Assembly: GCA_030295235.1 (NCBI GenBank)
Contig: AP026162.1
Location: 558,001-622,000 of the forward strand
DNA from: Fistulifera solaris
Lineage: Eukaryota
Direction of reading: 5' to 3'
DNA length: 64,000 nucleotides
Shown here: positions 12,142-24,591 of the stretch, in pieces
How the letters are laid out: every line of letters begins with the position of its first letter
Position numbering within the stretch: position 1 is the stretch's first letter
Translations under genes and position numbers: made by a program
The notes under the pieces: model-generated
Seen by the model: only the letters and a program-made list of their open reading frames with translations
Databases searched by the model: none
What the model was told of the DNA's origin: nothing

Positions 12142-12789
12142 ATGGAACAATCCACTCTCAAACGAGCAGCTGCGACGGCTGAGGTGCAAGATCCTGCTCT
12201 TTCCACGATTACCCCGTCGACCACGGCATGGGAACAGCAAGGAGTGTCGAAGCGCCCCCGTCTCGATGAGTATCGAGAATCAACGCAAGAAAGTGACGAC
12301 GAAGAAGATGACACTGACAGTAAGGAAAGCAGCCGGAGTATTGCAAATCCACGCACTGCGAGTGATAATGATGCAAGCTGGTCCTTCTCCGATTCTGGTC
12401 TATCGGGGACGGAGGATTCGCGACGAAAAGAGCGCCGATGGATTGTTCGGAAGGACTCGGCGAACCCTTCCGTGTCGTCTGTCATTACGGAAGTTTCGGA
12501 TTCCGAAATTACGTCAACGATGCTTGGACAAGACGATGATACCTCTGAGCGTCGTAAAAATCATCGCAAAGGATCGCAATCCATCGAGAGCGTGATACGA
12601 AATATGGAATCGTGGAGTGTTACGCACATTCGCGCGTTACGGAGAAACAACGTTTATGAAAACAATCGATTATCAGGGACGGGTGCCAAATACCGCACGG
12701 CTGTAAATAATGCGAAACGTGATGTTATGCGGACGTTACGACGATCGAGCGATGACAATCTTTCGCGATCGAGTTCGAGGGTAACTTGA
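12142..12789 (+). CDS. Hypothetical Ser/acidic-rich protein
   Basis: 215-aa ATG-initiated ORF with low-complexity composition; no family recognised. Confidence 0.55.
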   Translation: MEQSTLKRAAATAEVQDPALSTITPSTTAWEQQGVSKRPRLDEYRESTQESDDEEDDTDSKESSRSIANPRTASDNDASWSFSDSGLSGTEDSRRKERRWIVRKDSANPSVSSVITEVSDSEITSTMLGQDDDTSERRKNHRKGSQSIESVIRNMESWSVTHIRALRRNNVYENNRLSGTGAKYRTAVNNAKRDVMRTLRRSSDDNLSRSSSRVT

Positions 12790-13018
12790 AGGACGACGCG
12801 TCCTACACCTACTCAAATGATGGGGCCACAGGGCTCGATCGCTCTCCGAGTCCTATGGATGAACTGTAATCCATCCTTTCACTTTTCAAGAAGCATGAGT
12901 TCCCTTGACCATTTAAATGCTCATAAGCGCCGCATAGAATTTGTTAACTTTACAATAAGAGGAATTACTTTGATAAAAAAGTGCAGACGTTGCCCGAATA
13001 AGAGCTTTCGTCTATCAG

Positions 13019-13531
13019 CTAGGCATCATTCGCTTCCCGAACAGCGACTCCCATTGTTCCACAAGTACCTACTACAGACCGGGCAATCCCCTCCAGGGGA
13101 AGATGCCATCGCATTTCGTCTTGTTGCTTAATTTTGGCTATTTCATAGACAGCCTCTGGAGTTATGTAGGCTACTGGTGCATCTGGATTCGGCTGAGCTG
13201 GACCTTTCTCCAATCCGACGACACGTTTGATGAGATACGATGTCGGTGGACTTCTCACGTCAAACGTAAAGCTTCGATCCGACATGGCCGACAATCGGAT
13301 CGACAGCAAAATGTCTTTTTCATAAACTGATTCTGTTCGCTCGTTAAACTGCTTGCAAAATTCAGCCATGTTGATTCCCTGTAAAGAGAAGTAAAAATTA
13401 GAATATTTGCCTAACGAGAGAACGCGGCAGTTTATTCTACTCACCAGCGGGCCGAGTGCTTGTCCCAACGCCGGACCAGGGCGTGCGTTTCCTGCTAAAC
13501 ATCTTAGTTTCACAAATCTAACAAAGGACAT
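13019..13531 (-). CDS. MRPL11: Mitochondrial ribosomal protein uL11; intron 13379-13444
   Basis: AGNARPGPALGQALG, GINMAEFCKQFNERT, DRSFTFDVRSPPTSYLIK and VYEIAKIK motifs; GTGAGT...CAG intron. Confidence 0.93.
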   Translation of the reverse strand: MSFVRFVKLRCLAGNARPGPALGQALGPLVSRINCRVLSLGKYSNFYFSLQGINMAEFCKQFNERTESVYEKDILLSIRLSAMSDRSFTFDVRSPPTSYLIKRVVGLEKGPAQPNPDAPVAYITPEAVYEIAKIKQQDEMRWHLPLEGIARSVVGTCGTMGVAVREANDA

Positions 13532-13879
13532 AATGCGCCGCAATTTTCGGTAGAAGACAAATGGATTGCTGTTTATTATTTGCTTTTCAGTGTCACCGAA
13601 TGTTATTGTGCGAGATCGATAATAGCGATGCCCGTGCGCATCATCATCTTGCGTGGAGGAGGTTAAGTCATGAATGTTTAATCATGAGTTAGTGTCATTA
13701 AAATTGCTACTCCGTATGATTAGGAATCACACTCTTGCTATTGAAACCATTCATTTATTAAAGCTAAAACTATATCCTCCGTATTCTAATTACTCGATTC
13801 ATATGTAGAACAATGATTGGAGTGCTGCGTCGGAAACACAGTCGAGTTTTTCCAATGCCGAAAATCTCTTTTCTTGCCC

Positions 13880-14931
13880 TTAGAGACCAGAAAGACACAA
13901 GCACGAATCGAAAGGAAAGTCATCCACGAAATCATCGTAGTCGTCGTCAAACTCCAGCTCCTCTTCTCGGTCTTCCGGTATCCCCTTATTTCTTGTGCTT
14001 CTACAAGTTTCTTCGCTTCGGGTTTCAGCAGTACCTTCAATGACATGTATTCGGTGAGTCCGTCGAGTGTTGTCGGGGATGCGGCCGGAACCTCTATTGT
14101 TGCGAGTCCTGAATTTAGACTGTTCCGACTGATTGTGGCGTTTGCGACGAAAGAGTTTACGCAAGCTCGCCATCTTCGGCTCTGGGGTTGTCTTTACTGT
14201 TTCGTCGGTGCTCGTTCGTGATGCTTTGGCATTCCGCGATCTCCGAGAAGATACAAACACAGGCTTTGCTTTCTCAAAGTTAAATCGGCTGCGAGACGTG
14301 GCTGACGTGTTGTAAATCGCATTTGCTGAAATAGACCTGTCAACTCCTGCGTTACTGTAGTCGTCGTCGCTCTCTTCGTCTGGTAAATCAAATATGCTCA
14401 CTCCGTCTAAGGATACAATACTAGCGGTATCATCCTGATCCACAGCTGCTTGCAACCGCGAACTAACTCTCTCTTCTAGCTTTCTGTATCGTTCTAGTTT
14501 CTCATTATCTTCTGATAGAAAGTCTTCATCGAAACTCCCTTCGTAGAAGCTTTCCTCGTCGAAGAGGACTCGAGGAGCGAGCATATTCTCCTTTGACTTT
14601 GCAAAAATATTTCCAGTCGACTTGCTGCAGCTCTTTCCCATGCTGTGAAACCACCTACACTCGTGTTGCTTGAAGGTTGAATGTCCCTTGTGCTTTTGGA
14701 TAATTGCTGGTGTGGATATATGATTCGTGGCCTCTTTCCGGCGTCGCCACAACTGTCTCTCGTTTTTCGATCCTTCAATTCGACTATAGGGTTAATCTTG
14801 TCGTACGATCCGAGCTTCTTCTTATTGAATGGTTTTATTTCACCAGCCCCTTTCGAACGGTCATTTTTATTGTGATGCCTATTTTTTGTTCGTTTGGTCG
14901 AAGCAACTTTAGCAGTCCCGACAATTTTCAT
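13880..14931 (-). CDS. Hypothetical low-complexity protein, probably one gene with a frameshift near 14750
   Basis: Overlapping ORFs 14494..14931 and 13880..14752 on the same strand with charged/Ser-rich composition. Confidence 0.5.
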
Positions 14932-15431
14932 GTTTTTCCTCGCATTTTTATAATCCTCCCCAGTGCAACTATCCTTTTTGAACGAGCAAAAGAGAATATG
15001 ACACGCGGGGATCTGTGATTACTCGTTTGCGATGATCTCATTGATCTCGACGACAGTTGTTCGACATCGCTTTGTTCCCAGCAACCGCCGTTGTCATTTC
15101 TGGTTCCATCGATGTCGCAGGACGCTGACCGAAAGAGACTCCTCGTCGAGCTAGCTGACTTTGTAAACTTCATTTTACATTTCGTGACGGTGACTTTCTT
15201 TTGGGAAAATTTCAAATCGAAAAATGGGAGTAACTTTCTCATTTTTTCGGTGCTCTATCGCGTCCGTTGAAGAGGAAAAGCGGTACTTCAACGTATGAAA
15301 AATTATGGTCAACTGCCCACAGTCAAAACCGCAGCGACATCAAAGAATGGTAAATTCAGCCTTATTCAGACCTAAGGTTCATTCAGACCTAGATTGTGTA
15401 CTTAGTTTTTAGTTCGTGCGATCAGCCAAAC

Positions 15432-15532
15432 GGTGAAATCATTACGAAAATAACATTGTTAGACTTATTATTAGAGAATCATGGTGAAAGCATTACGAAA
15501 ATAACATTGTTAAATTATTATTAGAACAACAT
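15432..15532. repeat. 51-bp AT-rich tandem duplication
   Basis: GGTGAAA.CATTACGAAAATAACATTGTTA...TTATTATTAGA at 15432 and 15483. Confidence 0.9.
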
Positions 15533-15558
15533 AGTTTGAGAGCCAAAACAGAAATTCA

Positions 15559-18388
15559 CTACGGATCCAAGCGATTGCTTCTGAAATTAACTTTTGCCGA
15601 TGTCGGGTCAATACCTCGACGGGGTTGGCGACCAATTTGTTTCTTCAGATGGGCAACTAAGGGATCCTCTTCGATAGCAGCATGCACAAAACGAGTCTCT
15701 GTGTCGTGGCTTGCTTCGGGTTCAAGGTCGTCACAAAGCGAAAGTGTAGAGTCAGTTTCGGTGGGCTTGTCTAAGCCCTGTGCAAAGACCTTCGTGGATT
15801 CAGGGCACGTCGACACAACCGTATGGGTTTGCTCTGATTTCGAAAAGCTTCTATGTGATGGGCCCGAGACATGTGAAGACGCCTGAACGTTTTCAGCCTT
15901 ATTGTTGATGACAGGATGCTCGTGATGAGTATGGAGCAGGTTGTCACTTTCCGTCTTTGCATCAGGGAGACCTCGTATCCGATAGTGCGGTAAGACAAAC
16001 GTAGCACCTTGCTCGGTATAGTTAGTCGGGAGGGATTTCACTTTCGTTGGTGGATCACTTTTCCTTATCAAAGGGGTATTCATTGGCTTAGAACGAGTGT
16101 ACTTGTGGTCGGAAAGGGGATTCGCGTTACCGAAGCCGAAGAGATCAGCAATACTTTTTCGTTTTAATCTTTTGCCTCGTTGTAGCTTCATCATTTCCGC
16201 GGCGGGTACTTTGCTTGCCTTCATAGCGGTTTTATGATGCGTCTTGCTCGTTGATTCCACCTCTCCCATGATGCGGATGCCCCTTGGTGACGTTGTCTGT
16301 AGTTGCGCAGAATGGTAATGGTATTGCTCAGTCTTGTACCCTGAGCGTGGTACCGTGTACTCAGGATGGTATTTATCTGATGGCGACGACTCTCGTTGTC
16401 TGACCGGACTCTGATCGTGAGATGATCGTGTACCAAGTGTTGAAATTGTGTCCAAACCGGGAAGAGTGATGATGTTCTTTTCGTCGCCGCTTTGCAAGAA
16501 CGTGCGAAACGAGTTTGTGGCCTCAACGATATCGTCATCATCATTAGATAGCACTGCGTATCGATCACACATACTGTTTGCGTTTTGAAGTGACGAAATT
16601 CGTAAATGAATCAATTCCTTCTTTGGAGCCGAATGGCGCAGTCCTCTGTTTGTGGCGACCTCAATTTCGAGTTTTGACCATATCTTGCTTTCCCCTTTCT
16701 GTTCTTCAGGATAGGCTTATGTCCAGCAATAGTCAGAGACTTATCCGTGGGGAGCGAAACACTGCAGTCGCTTGCTAGAAGATCCGGATATATTTCTTCT
16801 GCTGCTACAACTAGTCTAGACGTTGAATCCTCAGTCTTTTCATTTTGTATCATGCGCTCTAGTGTTGAATCCACTCGAGTTCTATTTGCTGCAGATTCCT
16901 GTATGAAATGTATTTTCACGTTCTTTCGGGAATCTATACCCTCGATGTCAACGATGGGAGTATCCTGCACTCTCTTCGCAGCGGCTGGAATTTTTACTTG
17001 TGGATGGTCAAAATTACTGACTTTATGACTTGGCTCTTCCGGGCAAGATGAACCGTTGCCACTGACAAGCGACGCAGCATCTGTATCTGCTGTCGTCTTT
17101 TCTTTCCGTTTCTTTTCTTTTCTGGTTGCAAATAAGCCTCCCGAACAAACCAGACCTTCGCGACGAGATTTTTCGTTGGTCCCTATGTTTCTCGTTAGTA
17201 TTCGTCTCATGTATCGTCGAATCGCGAACTTGCACTCCCTGCATTTGTTACAACCGCATCCGTGCCTTCCGTTGAAGCATTTGTGGATATCTCTTGTAAC
17301 CTCTTTTCCTCTGGTTTTTCCGTCATTTGCTCGGGAGTCGTAGTTGTGGCCTCTTCCTCCGGGCCGTCCAAAATTTCATTCAATGAACTCATGCTCAGTA
17401 CGTCGAAATCCTTAGGTTTCGCGACGTTCTTAAATATTGCATCAGATGAATTGACTGTTTCCAGTTTCGTATTCGAAAGCAATTTGTACCCATCCAACGA
17501 AACCTTTGGCGTCGCAACTTTGTTTTCCGGGAGAATAAAATCCATCAAACTTCGAGCTCTACTGGCATGATTCTCTCCTTCAATTTGCAATGTATCATTG
17601 TTGAGTTGTTGGTTGAGCTCCTGTACTTTCAATACTTCTGCCTTTCCTTTGGTAATCGCATCATTGATTATCGTTGTTAACTCTTCTGACGTGTTCATTG
17701 GTAGCTCCGCTAAGCTTCTCGCTTCCATTGCTAAAGAGAATGCTTTGTTCGATAACTCACTGCTCCTTTGCATTGACTTTTCGTTGAGTGCTTGCTCTAG
17801 CATCTGCTTGGCAGCCGCCACTTTTTCAGCAGTAACGAGCAGTGTCGATTCGGAGCTCACCACATTATCTTTCACTTTCACAGAAAGCTCAAGCGCTTCT
17901 TTGGGAACGGTATCGATCATCGGCTCGGGTAAGACTATTATGTGACATTTTGATCCGTCGGCAATGATCTGCTCTGTTCTCTTTGCCGTCGCAAGTTTTG
18001 TTGTCTCCCCTAATTGCGAGTTTGGGGTCGTTAATTCGGCCTCATTCTCGACCCACAAAATTTCTTGTCCTTGTTCCTCCGGAAAGTCTTCGTCTGTGGC
18101 GACAGAAATAATAGAGCCTTTGAGGACCAAAGGATCGTTCTGTCTATCGGGAGTTGTTGGTTCAAGATAAGATCCTTTCATTTTTGTTGTCGATGTTTCG
18201 CCAGGGAGATTGCCGTTTTGATTCGGATTGACTGTCGTGCTCTTGTCAAGGATGGTTTCCCCCATTGTTCTAAAGTCCCCTGTTGTAAAGACGCTTTGAA
18301 CTTCTCTCTCACTCGGTTGTTCGAGCTCAAAGTGCTGCTCGGTATAACTAGAAAAGTGATGAGGTGATGGAGACGTCGAAACGTTCAA
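15559..18388 (-). CDS. Large hypothetical, largely disordered protein, probably one gene broken by frameshifts
   Basis: Three abutting same-strand ORFs (17207..18388, 16611..17210, 15559..16614) with similar S/T/E/K-rich composition; start uncertain. Confidence 0.5.
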
Positions 18389-18840
18389 TTTATTTCGATA
18401 AAATTGTGGCGAGGCGCGAGTTCTTTCATTTGAGAGGTGTGCGCATTCATCACTCTAAACATAGGTGATACTTAGCGTATCTTGCCTATTGCTCACATAC
18501 GTGTTCATTTAAATAAATAACCATGAAGTCTTATTGCCATCTTATCTCAACGGAAACAGGACAAATTATCCTAGTAGTAAATGGGCGCAGTCCAAAAGTG
18601 ACATAACTTAATGAGTGATAGTGAACTTTCTGGCTCGCGCGGGCGCGCAGTGGCGCGGCAAACACTCAATTGTATTTGATCCATGATTGAAGTTCATTCA
18701 CGTTTCTGTTTTCTGGCTCCTTCGCTGAGGTTCATCTGCATGCGGCATCCGCTCGTCCCCTGGGGACCATGGTGATGCGCACATTGTACGGAGGTTTTCA
18801 ATCTTCAATAAATTTTTCCTTGATAGGATTATAATTGAGA

Positions 18841-19579
18841 ATGACAACAGAAGTATCTATGATGCATTCCGCCGAGTCTCAGAACTTGAAGGACGGGGAA
18901 GTGAGCACCGGCACAACTATCATCGCAATCCCTTTTCAAGGCGGAGTGGTCGTTGGTGCGGATTCGCGCACGTCTACCGGAAGTTATGTTGCTGTGCGAA
19001 CGTCAGACAAAATCGCCTGCCTTTCCGATCATATCTATGCCTGTCGATCTGGAAGTGCCGCTGACACGCAGGCGTTGACGGATTATATCCGTTATTATCT
19101 GCAACAACTCAAGTAAGTTGTCAAGCGCGTCTTCTTTAGTTCTTTGTCTGCGTCTCACACCAATCTATTTATCAACTAGAATTGAGACTGGTCGTCCTGC
19201 TCGGGTCAAGTCGGCTGCCCATTTGCTACAAAAGCTTGTTTATCAGAACAAAGACAACCTGAGCGCTGGCATGATTGTCGCGGGATGGGATCCAGTCGAA
19301 GGACCCGCGATCTACAGTATTGCCTTGGGTGGAACTTGTCTTAAGGTCCCCTTTGCGTTCAGTGGGTCTGGAAGTTTGTATATTACCGGTTTGCTGGATT
19401 CAGAGTTTCGGGAGAACATGACAAAAGAGGAGGCGCGAACTTTGGTCAAAAAGGCCCTTGCTCATGCGATGGCCCGTGACGGCTCATCTGGAGGAATCAT
19501 CCGTACTGTCGCAATCACAGCAGAAGGAAATGATCGCGATTACACATCACAGCTTCCCTACGGGCCTGTTTCGTATTGA
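18841..19579 (+). CDS. PSMB6: 20S proteasome subunit beta 1; intron 19113-19179
   Basis: Propeptide cleavage [36 protein letters not shown] and [10 protein letters not shown] motifs. Confidence 0.95.
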
Positions 19580-19895
19580 GGTTTTTTAAAATGCGTATAA
19601 CCTATGACTTCTACATTCTTTATAAAGCGTGAAGATGGTAGCATTGGAGTCGACTACAACAGCCTGTTATCAGATGCATGTCCCCTCTATCTTGCTCAAA
19701 GCTAGTCTTTAAGAAACTGTAGAACATCTTCCAATTCGTGTCATAACTTGAGCTCTAGAACACACTCTAGTCTAGAGGTAAAGTGAATATCGCGTCGACT
19801 TTGTGAGTGCTGCAATTTCCCGCTCCTATTACGCAAGGTTCATTGCTGGTATAAGCCATAACTAACATTGACGTAAGGCGAAAGTGGCTGTTATA

Positions 19896-20217
19896 CTCAT
19901 GGAAAGCTCCTATCATTGGGGTCGTCGAATTGTAGAATTTCCGGGTACCCCTGCAGAGATAAATTTCCTACGGCGGCTACGTGAACAATACGTAGACTTT
20001 CCAAGGACTGCAGCTCTCCCTATTCCTCTTGTTTTCACTCGAAAACAACGCTGATAGACGATAAAGAAATGCATGTAATATGATGCTGCAAGCGAAACTT
20101 GATTTATGCTCATGAAATGCTCCTATCATTGGGGTCGTCGAATTGTAGAATTTCCGGGTTCCCCTGCAGAGATAAATTTCCTACGGCGGCTACGTGAAAA
20201 GTACGTACTTTGTAGAC
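19896..20217. repeat. Family B repeat, two copies, 213-bp period
   Basis: GCTCCTATCATTGGGGTCGTCGAATTGTAGAATTTCCGGGT.CCCCTGCAGAGATAAATTTCCTACGGCGGCTACGTGAA is duplicated (cores at 19941 and 20154). Confidence 0.95.
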
Positions 20218-20231
20218 ACCTAAAAACCGCT

Positions 20232-20334
20232 CCCCCACATTTTCTGGAAACGTGAAAATACCGCCCTTCCACCCCCACATTTTCTGGAAACGTGAAAATA
20301 CCCTGCGCCCACGCATTTTTTGGACACGCGTGAA
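20232..20334. repeat. 40-bp tandem repeat (two full copies, one degenerate)
   Basis: CCCCCACATTTTCTGGAAACGTGAAAATACC at 20232 and 20272. Confidence 0.9.
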
Positions 20335-20532
20335 CCATCGCTGCTTTCGGCAAGCACGTTGTCACGCTTTATATTACGCGATACAAGGTACGGGCCGTGC
20401 GATCTCTTTCAGCTTATTATTCTGCTCCTGCCTTCTTATAAAAAAGGAACAAAACAAGCTGTGTTGTCTTCACTTATCTCGGTCAAAGGGGATTGTGTGG
20501 ATGGGCAGCAAATAGCGGCTTTATCCTATACT

Positions 20533-21810
20533 ATGAAGACTCTTTCAACAACCCAATTTCTCCTCCTGTTTGTTCTATTCGGAAAGTCCAAATCAAAGAA
20601 GACGATAAGGGGTGCTTCAGAGAACAACTTAAGGTTACAAAATGAGTTTCCGAGCATCGATGACACAGTAGAGATGGCGGCTCTTTCTGTGATTGTATAC
20701 ACGTTCCGCGATGTACTCGATGACACAGGCGTTTGTCAGATGGTGAATGAGCGAAATTTCAATACGACCGGCTTGCATGTTCCCGACGTCATTCAAAAGA
20801 ACACAGATATTGAGTGCCACTGGTATCTGCATGATCGAATACAAGGAACACAAGTCATGCTGGTTTCTTCTCCCTCCAAGAAGTACAACGCTTTAGTATT
20901 CGCTGGCACGGACAACATGAGGTCGGCGCTCACAGATGCGGATATCATGACGGTTCCGTTTGGTGATGGGGAAAGTACGGTATTGCCCCCCGATTTGGCA
21001 ATACGCGTCCATGCGGGTTTCAATCACGGTGTTTTTCTTCAAAAGATCTTTGCGCAAGTGCTGGACCATTTTCACGCGTTGCAGTCGAAATATCCTTCGC
21101 ATCGGCTGTTCACGACGGGTCATTCGCTGGGGGCGGCCGAGTCGATACTTGCGGCAGTCGCTCTTACCATGAAACAACGTGAACATAAGAGTCGCTATCG
21201 TTGGTGGCCTTGGAAGCGCAAAAAGACGGTTCAACCGATTACGAATATTAACTTTGGTTGTCCGAGAATTGGGAACGAGAACTGGAGAGCGTTTGTCGAC
21301 GACGATTCTTCCGTGGCAAATCTGGCCATCTGGCGACTTGTTCTGGGCTGGGATCTTGTACCACGCTTACCAGAACTATTCAAACACGTTGGTCACACCA
21401 TCGAGTTGCTGAAAAATAGTATTGCGGACGAAAGTGGGAGCAATGCCACTGCCGTGGCCTACTATCAACATTACGGAGACGAGTCTCTCGGGTTGGCGGG
21501 CGTCCCTTTTGGCTGGTCCGCCAAACCTTACATTTGGGTCCCAGGCGCCTTGTGGTCGCATCACGTCACCAAGTACTGGAGTGTATTAAATGATTGGGCC
21601 AACTCAACAGTGGAGCATCGAGCTGCGTGGGTGAGTGAGTTTGAAAAAGTGGATTCATCGCATAATAATAGCGACGACGGTAGATCAAGGAATGTTGACG
21701 ACGATTTCTGGGTGAATCCACCGGACGATGATTTCCGGTATAAAGACGATTTGCTCGATTCGCAACTCGAGCAAATGATATTGGATGAACCGTATCGCGC
21801 GGTTGCATAG
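20533..21810 (+). CDS. Secreted class 3 lipase
   Basis: Signal-like N-terminus (MKTLSTTQFLLLFVLFG), LVFAGT, VHAGF, TGHSLG nucleophile, FGCPRIGN, DLVPRLP and FKHVG. Confidence 0.9.
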   Translation: MKTLSTTQFLLLFVLFGKSKSKKTIRGASENNLRLQNEFPSIDDTVEMAALSVIVYTFRDVLDDTGVCQMVNERNFNTTGLHVPDVIQKNTDIECHWYLHDRIQGTQVMLVSSPSKKYNALVFAGTDNMRSALTDADIMTVPFGDGESTVLPPDLAIRVHAGFNHGVFLQKIFAQVLDHFHALQSKYPSHRLFTTGHSLGAAESILAAVALTMKQREHKSRYRWWPWKRKKTVQPITNINFGCPRIGNENWRAFVDDDSSVANLAIWRLVLGWDLVPRLPELFKHVGHTIELLKNSIADESGSNATAVAYYQHYGDESLGLAGVPFGWSAKPYIWVPGALWSHHVTKYWSVLNDWANSTVEHRAAWVSEFEKVDSSHNNSDDGRSRNVDDDFWVNPPDDDFRYKDDLLDSQLEQMILDEPYRAVA

Positions 21811-21856
21811 TGCTGTATACTTGTATATTGTAATAGTTTCAATTTTCACGCTTGTC

Positions 21857-22842
21857 CTAATCGAGTTTTCTCCTAACAAGCACGGAGAAGATATAATAGT
21901 CGGCTATTGTATGAGTAAAGATCGGTAGCCAGATACTTCCTCCCGTTTGATCCGCCATCCACCCGAGGAGAAAACCGTAAAGAAAAGTCAAAGCAACTCC
22001 CGTCATGCCGCTGGGGATTCCGTAGTAATGTCGAATGCCAAACAGTGTTGCCTGCCCCAGGTTTGAGTACAACGTGATGCTGGGATCTGTTAGAATAGTA
22101 TTTGTGGAAATGCTTTGGATTGTTTCGAGCCAATTGAGATGGTTTTGGCCATAAAAGTGGGTATGCACGCAACGGCAAAGATTGACCGCCAAAGTACCCT
22201 TGCGGAAAGTTCTTCGCATATCGCGTTGATTGCTGCCAAGCTAAGCAGCTGTAAATGTTCTCGTCGTGTCAGAGCCCTCCCTAAAGACCCACGGACCATG
22301 CGGTTGACACCGGAATGATTTCCTCGCGATTGGGGGAGCTTGGACCATAGCTGTAATACAAAGTTGACAGTTAACGAGAAAAGGGTCACCGACAAAATCG
22401 CGACCCAAGAAGGTGAAAATCCAAGTCTCAGAAACATCGGAAACGAACCTAGCCCTGCTTGTGGTCCTGTGTGATACCACAGAAGAAAACCCACCAGAAT
22501 CTCACAGAATTTGGAAAGGCCGTGACCCAAAGGACCACCCTTCACAATCCAAAGTGGAACGAAAGAGAACAAGCGGGGCCATGATGCAGCTAGAAAAGAA
22601 GACAGACATCTCCACCATGCCAACGAGCATAGAAATGGCAGTACGGGTAAAAAATAAGACTCTCGTAAAGTCCAGTAGATTGCAAAGAAAGAGAGAACTG
22701 CCGAAGCAGCAATGTGAATGGCAACGCGTCGCGCATTGTTTCGGAAAAGAGTCCACCCTAAATCGTGCGTGATAGCTGTTAGAACTGTGAAGGCCACCAA
22801 TAACATAAGCCAAGGATGGAGAACTCGAGAAACTTTGAGCAA
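21857..22842 (-). CDS. CPBP/Abi (CAAX protease type II-like) intramembrane metalloprotease, frameshifted near 22130
   Basis: Multi-TM protein with CEELSAR (EExxxR), FGIRHY and HTIADY motifs across ORFs 22090..22842 and 21857..22219; start uncertain. Confidence 0.8.
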
Positions 22843-23056
22843 TTAGCCTCGGCATTGGATGCATCGTAAAAATAAATACTCCGTAAATTTTTTCGTCGTT
22901 GCGAAATAATCGTAGTGCCACGACTCAAATCAAAAACAGTCCCGGGCTACGTCTCTAGGGATTAATCTATGGGCCTTAGAAAAGCAATCGTCGATCGTGA
23001 AATGTTTACTCGTCGCGGCTCAGAAAAATAGCTAAAAAGTCCTAGCTCTCATTTAT

Positions 23057-24591
23057 TTAAGTCGAGTTCGGGACTTTTGTGAAAACAAAAAAGGAGCCAT
23101 GATGGCCGCGAAGAACTCTCATTGTTCGATCCGCATAGATTACGTCGATAAACGCCTTTCCGTGGCCACCAATTGGTCGATTGAGAGAGTATGCCATGGT
23201 TCCATCCTCCGACATACTCTCAGGAAGGTCCGCTCCCGCAAATACCCGCGCAGCTAAGATGCGCGCTGACTGAATAGTGGAACGGGAGGGTAACAATTCT
23301 TTGTCAAACAACTCTTTCCACTCACGCAAGTCTGCCTCCTCATTCTCTACTTCGAGTGCACCTCCTGTGAACCAGACAGTCAATCGGTTACTGACTTCGG
23401 GGTCAGGTAAGCAGTATCCATGATTCGTTAACAGGCATTTGATTGGACGACGAACGACATATTCATCACTTGACTGAGCTCCTACTTGTCCGCTTCGTGT
23501 TTGACCCGGTTCGATAGTTAGTGTAAAAACAAGGCTTCCAAACAAAGAAGAGGTTAGAGCAATGCATGATTGGCCAAACCCGAATATGTTGACAAAAGCT
23601 TACTCGTATTTCCGCAGTGGAGCCCGACCGGATAATGTGCTGGCTTTGATTAGACTAGCAGGATAGATCACAGGGCGGGCTTTCTCTTTCTCAGGATCCC
23701 AGGGACTTATTATATTAAAAGCCCCTTGCATAGAACATAACAATCCAGTCGGCCGAAACATATCGAAAGCAATACGACCAAGTGGAAAAGAATATCGCCG
23801 TTCTCGTTTTTGCCAATGCTTCCAGTGAGTTCAGACTTGGAAAGAGCTAGCCAAGTACCGTCAAGATTGCAACTTGCTGAAATATCTCCAGCTTTCCACC
23901 GTTGATCCGATCCGTGATCCCTGTAAAACTCTCCAAGTGTATTGATCAGCGAATGAAATTCAGGAGACGTTGTATCACCTCTGTTCCGACGAAGAAGCTG
24001 TATTAAAGTTGACTTCAATTCAGAAATTTGATGATTACGCCTGGATAGTGGTATTCTTTGCTCCATATAACTTATTGATGCGTCATCAGCCCCAGTTGTT
24101 ATATCCTTCTGCTCATGAAAAGCACCACTCGTCGATTCGGAAATTGCTTGACGGAAGCCTGGTTTCTTATCCGCTTGATCGTTCAATTTCTGACGTTTCG
24201 CTATTTGATCTCTCTCTTGTTGTTTGTCTTCCAGATAGCTTGCTTCTATCCACCACCTTTTAAACAGCTTGTCGGCATCAAGTGCCGCCGCATTCGCTTC
24301 ATCTGGATTTATCCCCTGCATCAAACATTCCGAGTAAAACTTAGCTCGTATCAAGGCTCTCTTCCGTTCCTCTTTTGGAATAGGCGCTACTTGAGGACGT
24401 GTAATGTTGGCTGTTACACAATTCTCTAAAACGAAATGGCGTGGAAGTTGATGAGACCCGCTCAACAGATGGCTGTTCCGATCTTTCGATGATCTTCCTG
24501 ATATTGAGGTTTCATCCCTTACGACGAATGCTCCACTCTCCGTGGAAAGAGTCTTGCCATCTAGTGGATTGTCTTTATTCATTCGATACAA
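23057..24591 (-). CDS. Hypothetical protein with a fibrillin/PAP-like C-terminal region; intron 23535-23603 and a probable frameshift near 23790
   Basis: LDGTWLAL and FIDVIYADRTMRVLRGHHGSFFVF resemble the PAP/fibrillin barrel motifs; GTAAG...AG intron. Confidence 0.55.

Noticed and set aside
11623..12240. 205-aa minus-strand ORF and other antisense ORFs overlapping real genes
   Set aside because: No recognisable motifs; they are shadows of coding or promoter sequence.
16611..17210. 4-bp stop/start overlaps chaining three ORFs, as in bacterial translational coupling
   Set aside because: One start is TTG, the locus is eukaryotic, and frameshift errors are common in this window. A single broken gene is more parsimonious.
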